A DNA stretch of 64,000 bases, from assembly GCA_902593125.1 (NCBI GenBank), contig CACJGU010000003.1, positions 46,905 through 110,904 of the forward strand. The letters run 5' to 3'. This document shows positions 1 through 8,322 of the stretch, piece after piece. The notes beneath the pieces were generated by a model, which was given only the letters and a program-made list of their open reading frames with translations, did no database searches and was not told the origin of the DNA. Numbering within the stretch: position 1 is the first letter of the stretch; every line of letters begins with the position of its first letter. The DNA is from an uncultured Alphaproteobacteria bacterium. GTDB taxonomy: Bacteria; Pseudomonadota; Alphaproteobacteria; HIMB59; GCA-002718135. The position numbers and the translations under genes were made by a program.

Positions 1-9
1 ATGAAAAAG

Positions 10-85
<76 letters not shown>

Positions 86-137
86 ACAAAACATCAGATA
101 AAGTATTTATAATTAAATTCAATTAAAAATAGAATAT

Positions 138-317
138 TTAATCAGATTTTATTTCTAATCCATGTTCATCTGTAAGCCATTTCATTAAGTCAAGATTAGC
201 ACATTTTTTTGAGCAAAAAGGTATAAAAGGTTCTCTAGATACCTTTTTACATGTTGGACACTTAGATTTTTTTTTTAATGAAATAATATTATTTTTTTTA
301 GATTTTTTTACTTCCAT
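138..317 (-). CDS. yacG: YacG-like zinc-ribbon protein (DNA gyrase inhibitor family), 59 aa, below the ORF-track cutoff
   Basis: Hand translation gives [59 protein letters not shown]. The CPxC...PFCSxxCxxxDLxxW pattern matches YacG. The ATG lies inside the last codons of infA (AGATGGAAGTAA). Confidence 0.7.
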   Translation of the reverse strand: MEVKKSKKNNIISLKKKSKCPTCKKVSREPFIPFCSKKCANLDLMKWLTDEHGLEIKSD

Positions 318-526
318 CTAAAAGTAATTCTGCCTTTAGTTAAATCATACGGAGTCATTTCTACTGTAACTTTATCACCTGCTAATACTCTTATTCTATT
401 TTTTCTCATTTTACCTGATGAATGAGCTAGAATTTCATGATCATTTTCTAATTTTACTTTAAACATTGCATTGGGAAGAAGTTCTAAGACGACTCCTTGA
501 AATTCAATTGATCCCTCTTTTGGCAT
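308..526 (-). CDS. infA: translation initiation factor IF-1
   Basis: 72 aa with an S1-like IF-1 sequence ([60 protein letters not shown]). Confidence 0.95.
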   Translation of the reverse strand: MPKEGSIEFQGVVLELLPNAMFKVKLENDHEILAHSSGKMRKNRIRVLAGDKVTVEMTPYDLTKGRITFRWK

Positions 527-549
527 ATTTTATAAGCTTATAGTAAAAA

Positions 550-1827
550 TTATTTCTTTTGTCTAATTTTAACTGACAATTTATGTCCATCTAGACCTTC
601 AAGTCCAGACATTTTTTGAGTATCTTCTGAAAGAGCAGAAAAAGATTTTTTATTCATCTCAACTACAGAACTTCTCTTCATAAAATCTAAAACACCTAAT
701 CCAGATGAAAATTTTGCAGCTCCTGATGTCGGCAAAACATGATTCGTTCCTACAATATAATCACCAAAAGCTTCAACAGAATACTCACCTAAAAATATAC
801 CACCGGCATTATTTATGTATGATAATAATTTTTTATTATCAAGAATATGAATATGTAAATGTTCCGGTGCAACAAAATTTATTATATCTGCAGCAATATC
901 TATGTTGTCAACCACGACAATGATGCCATTATTTTTTAAACTTTTCTCAATAATTTTCTTTTTTGATAGATCTTTTTTAATTTTTGTAATTGAATTTATA
1001 ACTTTAGTAGCAAAATTTTTATTGTCAGTAATTAATATTGACTGTGCATTTTCATCATGTTCTGCTTGTGCTATTAAATCTGATGCAACCCAATCTGGAT
1101 TATTATTATTATTTGCAACAACAATTATCTCAGAAGGACCTGCAAGTAAATCTATACCTACTTTACCATATAATTGTTTTTTTGCTTCCGCTACATAAGC
1201 ATTACCAGGTCCAAATATTTTATTAACTGGCTTAATTGTTTGAGTACCAAATGTTAGTGCACTAATAGCTTGTGCTCCTCCTACGAAATATGTTTCCTTG
1301 ATACCTAATTCCTTAATTAATCTTATAAAATATGGATTAATAAATTCAGTTGGAGGTGTTATACAAACAATTCTTCTTACTCCAGCTATAATTGCTGGAA
1401 CTGCATTCATAATTAAAGAGGAAGGATAAAAAGCCTTTCCACCAGGTACATACAATCCTACTGAGTCAATGGGCTTCCATACAGATTTCAATGTTGCACC
1501 ATTATTTTTAAAGACAATATTTTTAGGTAATTGTTTTTTGTGAAATGATGAAATATTTTTTATAGCTTTTTTAAAACTATTAAATATTTGTGGTTCAACA
1601 TTAGATTGAGTTTTTTTGGATAAATCTAAAATAAGATCTTTTTTACTAATTGCAACTTTATCAAATTTTGCTGCATATCTAATTAGAGATTTATCTCCAT
1701 TTTTTTTAACATCATAAATAATTTTATTTACATCTTTTTGAATTGATTTACTAGAAAATGAATTTCTCTTTTCAATCTTTGTCTGAAATTGATTATAAAA
1801 ATTTTTATTAAATTTTATTATTTTCAT
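550..1827 (-). CDS. hisD: histidinol dehydrogenase
   Basis: 425 aa with the AQAEHD signature (DLIAQAEHDENAQ). It has a 4-nt overlap with hisG. Confidence 0.93.
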   Translation of the reverse strand: MKIIKFNKNFYNQFQTKIEKRNSFSSKSIQKDVNKIIYDVKKNGDKSLIRYAAKFDKVAISKKDLILDLSKKTQSNVEPQIFNSFKKAIKNISSFHKKQLPKNIVFKNNGATLKSVWKPIDSVGLYVPGGKAFYPSSLIMNAVPAIIAGVRRIVCITPPTEFINPYFIRLIKELGIKETYFVGGAQAISALTFGTQTIKPVNKIFGPGNAYVAEAKKQLYGKVGIDLLAGPSEIIVVANNNNNPDWVASDLIAQAEHDENAQSILITDNKNFATKVINSITKIKKDLSKKKIIEKSLKNNGIIVVVDNIDIAADIINFVAPEHLHIHILDNKKLLSYINNAGGIFLGEYSVEAFGDYIVGTNHVLPTSGAAKFSSGLGVLDFMKRSSVVEMNKKSFSALSEDTQKMSGLEGLDGHKLSVKIRQKK

Positions 1828-2471
1828 TTAACAAAAGTACCTATTTCAGAAATAATTTTTGAAACCTCATTCATATTTGTCTTATAAGCAGATCTATTGA
1901 CAATTAGTTTAGATTGAATTTTCATAATTTCTTCAATTTCTATCAAACCATTTTCTTTTAATGTTTTTCCTGTAGAAACTAAATCTACTATTCTTCTACA
2001 CATATTCAAAGAAGGTGCCAATTCCATTGATCCACTTAATTTTATAATTTCAACTTGAATGTTCTTATTATAAAAAAATTTTTTTGCAATATTTGGGTAT
2101 TTAGTAGCAATTCTTATATTACTCCATGTTTCAGGATCTTCTTTTTTTAATAATGATTTCAAAGCAGCGACTGATATACGGCAATGGCCAATATTTAAAT
2201 CAAGTGGAGCATATATTTCAGAATACTCAAATTCATTAATTACATCTTCACCAGCAATGCCAATTTGTGCTGCCCCAAATGCAACAAAAGTGCATGCATC
2301 AAAAGCTCTTACTTTTATATATTCAATATTTCTTTTTTTAGATTTAAAAGTTAATTTTCTTGTATCTTTATCAAATAGTAAAGGATCAGGTGCAAAACTA
2401 GTTTTGAGTAAAAAGTTTTTACATTCTTTCGTAATTCTACCTCTGGGCACTGCAATGATTATTTTGCTCAT
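1824..2471 (-). CDS. hisG: ATP phosphoribosyltransferase, short form
   Basis: 215 aa, N-terminus MSKIIIAVPRGRI. It sits directly upstream of hisD and overlaps it. Confidence 0.9.
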   Translation of the reverse strand: MSKIIIAVPRGRITKECKNFLLKTSFAPDPLLFDKDTRKLTFKSKKRNIEYIKVRAFDACTFVAFGAAQIGIAGEDVINEFEYSEIYAPLDLNIGHCRISVAALKSLLKKEDPETWSNIRIATKYPNIAKKFFYNKNIQVEIIKLSGSMELAPSLNMCRRIVDLVSTGKTLKENGLIEIEEIMKIQSKLIVNRSAYKTNMNEVSKIISEIGTFVK

Positions 2472-2517
2472 AAAATGCAGGCTTTTATATTGTGATTGAA
2501 TAAAAAACTACAAAAAG

Positions 2518-3774
2518 TTAGTTTTTCTGTCTTTTTATTTTTACACCCAAACTAACTAATGTTTTTTCTATATTTTCGTATCCCCTATCAAGATGATAAA
2601 CACGATTTAATGTTGTTTGACCATTTGCATTCATTGCAGCTAGAACTAAACTTATACTAGCTCTCAAATCACTTGCCATTACCTGTGCTCCTTTAAATGT
2701 TTGATTACCTATAATTATAGCAGTATCTTTTTCTACTGTAATGTTTGCCCCTAATCGATTCAGTTCAGGAACATGCATAAATCTATTTTCAAAAATTGTT
2801 TCTTTAATTTTAGACTTCCCATCTGAGAGACACATAAGTGACATTAATTGAGCTTGTAGATCAGTAGGGAAACCAGGATAAGGGCTAGTTGAAAGACTAG
2901 TAGATTTTAGCCTTGATCCCTTAAAAACTTTTATTGAATTTTTACTTACTTTTAATTTTGCACCCATTTTTTTTAAAATATTTATTAAAGATTTTAAATA
3001 AACAGTATTAAAGTTTTTAATTTCTAAACTTGAATTTAACATCAAGGCTGCAATTATATATGTACCTGCTACAATTCTATCAGAAATTATTTCATGCTCC
3101 ACTTTTTTTAAATTTGTAACACCTTGCACCAGGATATTTTTTGTTCCTTGACCCTCAATTTTTGCACCCATTTTTATAAGACAATTTGACAAATCTTCTA
3201 TTTCTGGTTCTCTTGCAGCATTTAAAATCTTAGTTTCACCTTTTGCCAATACCGAAGCCATTAGTATATTTTCAGTAGCTCCTACACTTGGAAAAGGTAA
3301 TTTAATTTTATTACCAATCAATTGTGATTTAACACTACCTTCAACAAAACCATTTTGAATATCAAAATTAGCACCTAGTTTTGATAAACCTGCAAGATGT
3401 ATATCAATTGGTCTGGTACCAATTGCACAACCTCCTGGTAAAGATATTCTAGCCTCACCAAATCGAGAGAGCAAAGGTCCTAGAATTAAAATCGAAGCTC
3501 TCATTTTTCTTACAACATCATAATCTGCTGATAGATTCTTAATTTTTGAGGAATTTATTTTTAATTTATTTTTTTTGTGTTCAATTTTTACGCCATAATT
3601 TTTTAGTAATTTTATTAAATTGAGAACATCAACCACATTAGGTACATTTGAAAGTTTTAAAGTTTTTTCAGATAAAAGGGAAGATACTATAATAGGTAGT
3701 GCAGAATTTTTTGCTCCATGAACATTGACTGAGCCAGAAATTGTATTACCTCCCTCTATTATTAATTTATCCAT
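2518..3774 (-). CDS. murA: UDP-N-acetylglucosamine 1-carboxyvinyltransferase
   Basis: 418 aa with GAKNSALPI near the N-terminus and the active-site loop LPGGCAIGTRPID. Confidence 0.94.
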   Translation of the reverse strand: MDKLIIEGGNTISGSVNVHGAKNSALPIIVSSLLSEKTLKLSNVPNVVDVLNLIKLLKNYGVKIEHKKNKLKINSSKIKNLSADYDVVRKMRASILILGPLLSRFGEARISLPGGCAIGTRPIDIHLAGLSKLGANFDIQNGFVEGSVKSQLIGNKIKLPFPSVGATENILMASVLAKGETKILNAAREPEIEDLSNCLIKMGAKIEGQGTKNILVQGVTNLKKVEHEIISDRIVAGTYIIAALMLNSSLEIKNFNTVYLKSLINILKKMGAKLKVSKNSIKVFKGSRLKSTSLSTSPYPGFPTDLQAQLMSLMCLSDGKSKIKETIFENRFMHVPELNRLGANITVEKDTAIIIGNQTFKGAQVMASDLRASISLVLAAMNANGQTTLNRVYHLDRGYENIEKTLVSLGVKIKRQKN

Positions 3775-3913
3775 TTTTGTTAATAGCTTTTTTCCTTTTT
3801 AAAATATTTGATTTGAGTTGTTTTTCTAACCTTTTTAATCTTGTTAAACGTAATTCTTTTTTTGAGTCATCTTTTTGATGATTTAATTTTTCTTTATTGA
3901 ATTTATCAGTCAC
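3767..3913 (-). CDS. hypothetical Lys-rich 48-aa ORF (GTG start); weak call
   Basis: Hand translation gives (V/M)TDKFNKEKLNHQKDDSKKELRLTRLKRLEKQLKSNILKRKKAINKNG. Its stop overlaps the murA start (ATGGATAA). No family was recognised and the sequence is low-complexity. Confidence 0.25.
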   Translation of the reverse strand: MTDKFNKEKLNHQKDDSKKELRLTRLKRLEKQLKSNILKRKKAINKNG

Positions 3914-3922
3914 AAATAAGAT

Positions 3923-4069
3923 TTATTTATTACTTTTTTTGTTTAAAGCATTTTTAGAACATTTCTTAGAACAATATAAAACATTTTTCCAATCTCTTTC
4001 CCATTTTTTTCTCCAATTGAATGATTTATTGCAAACAATGCAAATTTTAGAAGGTAAATTTTTCTTCAA
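3923..4069 (-). CDS. DUF2256-like small zinc-ribbon protein, 48 aa (TTG start inferred)
   Basis: Hand translation gives (L/M)[47 protein letters not shown]. The CxxC..F.WRKKW...W..V.YCS..C pattern is typical of DUF2256. It is missed by the ORF track because it is under 60 aa. Confidence 0.55.
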   Translation of the reverse strand: MKKNLPSKICIVCNKSFNWRKKWERDWKNVLYCSKKCSKNALNKKSNK

Positions 4070-4072
4070 TTT

Positions 4073-5224
4073 TTACTCAAAAAGATAAAAATATCCATAA
4101 GCAACAACTAATGCTGGTATTGCACTATAAAGTGTAGCTAAAATTGCAGCTTTTGGTGCAAGAGCTATTGCTGGGAATAAGGCATCACCATCATTTGAAA
4201 TTGCATTACCTAATTCTGCAGAAAGAGGGATATAACCATTTAGATAAAAAGTTGCTACGACAACTTGTGGTCCACAACCTGGTAAGAAGCCAAATAGAAT
4301 TGCTACTAATGGAACAAAAGGTAGCCATAAATCAAAAAATATTTTTAAATCCAAACTTGTAAAATACATAAAAATTTCAAAGACAAGAAAACCACTTATT
4401 ACCCAGGTAGTTACAAAATTAGTGGTGTCTACTACTCTTGATAATAACCCCCTGCTCTTATCAGTAGAACATTGAAAATCACTTAAAGGATTTAATGACC
4501 ACATGAATATTGAAAGTATTGCTCCAGCAGAAGCAATGAAAACTAAAAGTGAGTTATAAATTGGTGTATCAAATTCTATCTGGAATGCAACTAGAATACC
4601 TAAAATAAAACCAGGAATAAATATAAAAAGCCAAAAGAAATTAAAATTGGATACAAAAGTTTTATTTATTTTTTCAAATTCAACTTTTATTTTTGTTTCT
4701 GCTTGCATAAAGTTTATGCCATGGATAAAATCTATGATATATCCAGATATAGAACCAAAAATTATTCCAATTCCAAATATTAAAAGTCCAGTTGTTGGCT
4801 CAATAGCAAGAATTAAGAATGCTGCATCACCCATTGTTGCTGTTAATACAGCGACTAAGGAGCCAAAAGAGATACGGCCCTGAATATATTGTGTGACTAC
4901 TATTATTGCTCCGCCACATCCAGGTATTGCACCTAAAAATGCTGCTATACCAACATGGAACTTTTGAGTTTTAGATAAAAAATTCTTTACATCAAATTTT
5001 GTTAAACTATCCAAGCCAATAAATACAAAAAGAGTAAATCCTACAAAAACTGAAACCTGAATATAAGCATCTATCATTGATGATCGAATAACTTCACCAA
5101 ATTCACCCCCTTGAAAAACAAGTGAAAGCAGTAATAGACCAAAGAAAGATTTCTTTAATAACCGTCCATCATTCTCAAGAATGATTTTTGTTTTTTCATT
5201 AATAGCGTTAATTAGCGCATTCAT
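4073..5224 (-). CDS. polytopic membrane protein, putative Mn2+ transporter (MntX / ArsP_2-like family)
   Basis: 383 aa and highly hydrophobic. An internal duplication shows a repeated PGCG motif (AIPGCGGAIIVV and FLPGCGPQVVVA). It is divergent from a DtxR/MntR-type gene, with an MntR-box in the 64-nt spacer. Confidence 0.65.
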   Translation of the reverse strand: MNALINAINEKTKIILENDGRLLKKSFFGLLLLSLVFQGGEFGEVIRSSMIDAYIQVSVFVGFTLFVFIGLDSLTKFDVKNFLSKTQKFHVGIAAFLGAIPGCGGAIIVVTQYIQGRISFGSLVAVLTATMGDAAFLILAIEPTTGLLIFGIGIIFGSISGYIIDFIHGINFMQAETKIKVEFEKINKTFVSNFNFFWLFIFIPGFILGILVAFQIEFDTPIYNSLLVFIASAGAILSIFMWSLNPLSDFQCSTDKSRGLLSRVVDTTNFVTTWVISGFLVFEIFMYFTSLDLKIFFDLWLPFVPLVAILFGFLPGCGPQVVVATFYLNGYIPLSAELGNAISNDGDALFPAIALAPKAAILATLYSAIPALVVAYGYFYLFE

Positions 5225-5243
5225 AATTGTATATATAGCTAAT

Positions 5244-5265
5244 AAATATAGCTATGGCTATATTT
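5244..5265. promoter_or_regulatory. MntR-box-like operator
   Basis: AAATATAGC-TATG-GCTATATTT has perfect 9-bp inverted arms around a 4-bp spacer. It closely resembles the E. coli MntR site as I recall it (AAACATAGC-N4-GCTATGTTT). An extra half-site, ATATAGC, lies at 5233..5239. Confidence 0.65.
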
Positions 5266-5288
5266 TCTGTTAATTTTTATTTATTATT

Positions 5289-5693
5289 ATGTTAAAAAAA
5301 GGCATGTCGTTTAGCAAAGTCCGAAATGCTCATAAAACAGAAAATACTGAAGATTATTTAGAACTCATTGCAGAATTATTAAGCTCTAAAGGAGAAGCAC
5401 GCATAGTCGATATTGCAGATAGCTTGGGTATTGCGCAAGCTACAGCTAATAAAACAATTCAAAGATTGCAATCACAAGGTTTTATTAAAAGAGAGCCCTA
5501 TCGATCTATTTTTTTAACACTTAAAGGCCAAAAAATAGCGAGCAAATCAAAAAAGAGACATAATATAGTTTATAATTTTTTAATAAATCTTGGATTAGAT
5601 AAAAGTACCGCCTCTGAAGATGCAGAAGGTATTGAGCATCACGTAAGTGAAAAAACACTAAGAAAAATGGATAATTTTAACTCAAAAAAATAA
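5289..5693 (+). CDS. mntR: DtxR/MntR-family metal-dependent transcriptional regulator
   Basis: 134 aa with an N-terminal winged HTH (TEDYLELIAELLSSKGEARIVDIADSLGIAQATANKTIQRLQSQGFI) and a metal-site region (EDAEGIEHHVS). Confidence 0.78.
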   Translation: MLKKGMSFSKVRNAHKTENTEDYLELIAELLSSKGEARIVDIADSLGIAQATANKTIQRLQSQGFIKREPYRSIFLTLKGQKIASKSKKRHNIVYNFLINLGLDKSTASEDAEGIEHHVSEKTLRKMDNFNSKK

Positions 5694-5734
5694 TTTGAAT
5701 TTGTTGCCAAATTAATTTTAAGTAGTGTATAAAA

Positions 5735-5770
5735 AAAGAAGGGACACGGCGAATATCCCTTCTTTTATAC
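5735..5770. terminator. bidirectional hairpin between convergent genes
   Basis: AAAGAAGGGA (5735..5744) pairs with TCCCTTCTTT (5756..5765) around an 11-nt loop. A/T runs lie on both sides. Confidence 0.55.
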
Positions 5771-5856
5771 ATGTGATTTATTGATGTAGATAAACCTTTA
5801 TTCCTTTTAACCGATTCTCATTTAAGTAACAAATTTTAAAGTATTTGCCAAAAACA

Positions 5857-6480
5857 CTAAATTTTTTGCAATAAAACAAGCCTAATTTTAATTTTATTAG
5901 AAAAATCTTTATTTGCAGGCAAGTAGTTGTTTGGCCCAGATATGAATTTAATTTTAAAATATGATTTATGAGCATTTAATATCTCATTAAAATTTTGTTT
6001 TTTCCATAGATCAATCCTATGAGAAAAAACAAAATAACCATTTTTTAATAGGTAATAATAGATATTTGAAAACAATTTTTTGAAATTCTTACAATATGTC
6101 ATTGCTCCAATCATTGAGACTAATTCAAATTTAATTTGAAAATTTATTTTCTTTTCGAAATCTTTTTTGAAAAGTTTTTTATAGATTTTTTTTTCTTTAG
6201 CTATAATCAAGCTTTTTTCTGAAATATCTGCTCCATATATCTGACTATTTTTATATGTTTTAATAAGCTCTTCACCAAATAGTCCAGTCCCACAAGCTAA
6301 ATCAAGTATTTTATTTGGTCTTATATTAAATTTACTTTTTAACAATCTAATACTTTTTTTAGGAACTGTGTACTTCCATTGATTTAATGTTGAGTCATAT
6401 TTTCTAGACCAATCATCGTAATATTTCTTTGTTGTCTTTAGGTCACCAATACCGCTAACTAAAGATACTGATTTATCCAT
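5857..6480 (-). CDS. class I SAM-dependent methyltransferase
   Basis: 207 aa with SAM-binding motif I, ILDLACGTGLFGEEL. It overlaps the upstream C-N hydrolase gene by 8 nt. Confidence 0.8.
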   Translation of the reverse strand: MDKSVSLVSGIGDLKTTKKYYDDWSRKYDSTLNQWKYTVPKKSIRLLKSKFNIRPNKILDLACGTGLFGEELIKTYKNSQIYGADISEKSLIIAKEKKIYKKLFKKDFEKKINFQIKFELVSMIGAMTYCKNFKKLFSNIYYYLLKNGYFVFSHRIDLWKKQNFNEILNAHKSYFKIKFISGPNNYLPANKDFSNKIKIRLVLLQKI

Positions 6481-7279
6481 GTTTAAGCGAAGGTATTTTT
6501 TTTCTAGCTTCTTTTACTTCATTCAAATTAATTTTTGTATTAAGTAAAGCTGACTTATTAAAACTTTTATTTAATAATTTGCCCCATGGACTTACTAAAA
6601 CTGAATGTCCATACGTTTTTCTATTTTTATGATGAGTACCACACATATTTGTTGCTATTAAAAATACATTGTTTTCTATTGCTCTTGCTCTTGTTAATAT
6701 TTCCCAATGATCTTTTCCTGTTGGGACGGTAAATGCAGCAGGCGATAAAATAACTTCTGCCCCTTTTTTTGCTAATTCACGATACAGATAAGGAAAACGA
6801 AGGTCATAACAGATCGAAAGTCCAAATTTCGTATTTTTAAACTTGGTGATTTTTATTTTTTTTCCAGGTTTAAATGAATTAGATTCTCTATGACTTTCAT
6901 TTTTGTTAATATTTACATCGAACATATGAATCTTATCGTAAAATGATTGTATTTTTCCTTTATTATCAATTATGAAAGACCTATTTACTAATCTCTTTTG
7001 GTTTTTCTTTTTTAATAATAGAGATCCAATATTAATATAAACATTGTTCTCATTTGCAAATTCTTTACTCATTTTTAAAATAGGACAATCATTTTGATAA
7101 TTTGCAAATTTAAACAAATGCTTTTTATCACTTGTAATAATATTTGAACATTCTGGTGTGCATATTAAATCAGGTTTAAATTTAAGAGCTTTCTTATAAA
7201 AATTTTCTAATTGATCACAATTTTCTAGAGGTGTTGGTTTTGCTTCAAATTGTATTTGCGAGATTTTTAAATTTTTCAT
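6473..7279 (-). CDS. carbon-nitrogen hydrolase (nitrilase superfamily, Nit/omega-amidase-like)
   Basis: 268 aa. The catalytic Cys context is GLSICYDLRFP, with a Glu near the N-terminus (CTPECS). Confidence 0.85.
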   Translation of the reverse strand: MKNLKISQIQFEAKPTPLENCDQLENFYKKALKFKPDLICTPECSNIITSDKKHLFKFANYQNDCPILKMSKEFANENNVYINIGSLLLKKKNQKRLVNRSFIIDNKGKIQSFYDKIHMFDVNINKNESHRESNSFKPGKKIKITKFKNTKFGLSICYDLRFPYLYRELAKKGAEVILSPAAFTVPTGKDHWEILTRARAIENNVFLIATNMCGTHHKNRKTYGHSVLVSPWGKLLNKSFNKSALLNTKINLNEVKEARKKIPSLKHG

Positions 7280-7375
7280 TGATTAATTTTTATAATAAAA
7301 TTTTAATATTTTATATTAAGTTATTTATCATATTTTAGTATATTAATATTTAAACATAAGTATATAAGTCAAATT

Positions 7376-8161
7376 GTGAATAATTTACTAGAAATATGGA
7401 AAACAAAAAAAGCTGTTATTAATTCTTGGTTATCAATTCCAAATTCGTTTACAGCTGAGGCCTTTGGTAAAATGGGCTGGGACTCAATAACTATAGATAT
7501 GCAACATGGTCAAAATGATTATCAGTCAAGCATTTCAATGCTTCAAGCACTTTCAAATAGCAATTCAGTACCAATGGTAAGAGTTCCATGGAGTGAACCA
7601 GGTATCATAATGAAAATGCTTGATTTAGGTGTAATGGGCATCATTGCTCCTATGATTAATACAAAAGAAGATTGTGAAAATTTTGTATCTTACTGCTATT
7701 ATCCTCCTATTGGTCAAAGAAGTTTTGGTCCTATGAGAGCTCAATTAATTTATGGTCAAGATTACTTCAATAAAGCAAACAAAAATGTAATGAGTTTTGC
7801 AATGATTGAAACAAAACAAGCAATTGAAAATTTAGATGAAATTATGTCAGTGCCTAATTTAACAGGTGTCTATATTGGTCCAGCAGATATGAGTTCATCA
7901 TATGGTTTACCTCCAAAATTTGATGTAAGAGAAGATCCGGTATTTTCTAACATTAAGCTTATTGCTCAAAAAGCAAAAGACTACGGGAAAATAGCTGGAA
8001 TTCATAATGGAACCACAGATTATGCTAAAGAAATGATTGAGCTGGGATACAAGTTGGTAACTATTCTATCAGATTTTAGAGTGATGAGCTCAAATTCTCA
8101 AAAAATAGTTGATGAAATGAAAAATCAAAGTTCTGATAAATCCGCATCAAGCTCTTATTAA
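7376..8161 (+). CDS. HpcH/HpaI-family aldolase (2-keto-3-deoxy-acid aldolase type)
   Basis: 261 aa (GTG start) with family-typical segments DSITIDMQHG, PMVRVPW and AMIETKQAIENLDEI. Confidence 0.78.
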   Translation: MNNLLEIWKTKKAVINSWLSIPNSFTAEAFGKMGWDSITIDMQHGQNDYQSSISMLQALSNSNSVPMVRVPWSEPGIIMKMLDLGVMGIIAPMINTKEDCENFVSYCYYPPIGQRSFGPMRAQLIYGQDYFNKANKNVMSFAMIETKQAIENLDEIMSVPNLTGVYIGPADMSSSYGLPPKFDVREDPVFSNIKLIAQKAKDYGKIAGIHNGTTDYAKEMIELGYKLVTILSDFRVMSSNSQKIVDEMKNQSSDKSASSSY

Positions 8162-8322
8162 TTTTTTTTTTTAAAATAGGGTATTAGAAATACAATACAA
8201 GCTAAGAAAAAAAATATACTCCCACACATAGCCCAGAAGTTTCCAATACTTGATATAATAAAACAGAGTGAAGAGATTACGAAGAAAATCCAACCAATGA
8301 AATTTAAAAAATTATCATTCAT
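8158..8322 (-). CDS. small two-TM membrane protein, 54 aa (below the ORF-track cutoff)
   Basis: Hand translation gives MNDNFLNFIGWIFFVISSLCFIISSIGNFWAMCGSIFFFLACIVFLIPYFKKKN. The ATG overlaps the ABC-F stop (AATGAATGA) and the stop overlaps the aldolase stop. Confidence 0.4.
   Translation of the reverse strand: MNDNFLNFIGWIFFVISSLCFIISSIGNFWAMCGSIFFFLACIVFLIPYFKKKN

Noticed and set aside
3897-4088. A 63-aa plus-strand ORF in the murA-transporter spacer.
   Set aside because: The opposite strand encodes a DUF2256-like zinc ribbon with a convincing conserved motif. The plus-strand product is a low-complexity L/F-rich sequence.
5778-5975. A 65-aa minus-strand ORF.
   Set aside because: It overlaps the 3' end of the methyltransferase gene in another frame and runs towards the bidirectional terminator. 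No motifs were seen.
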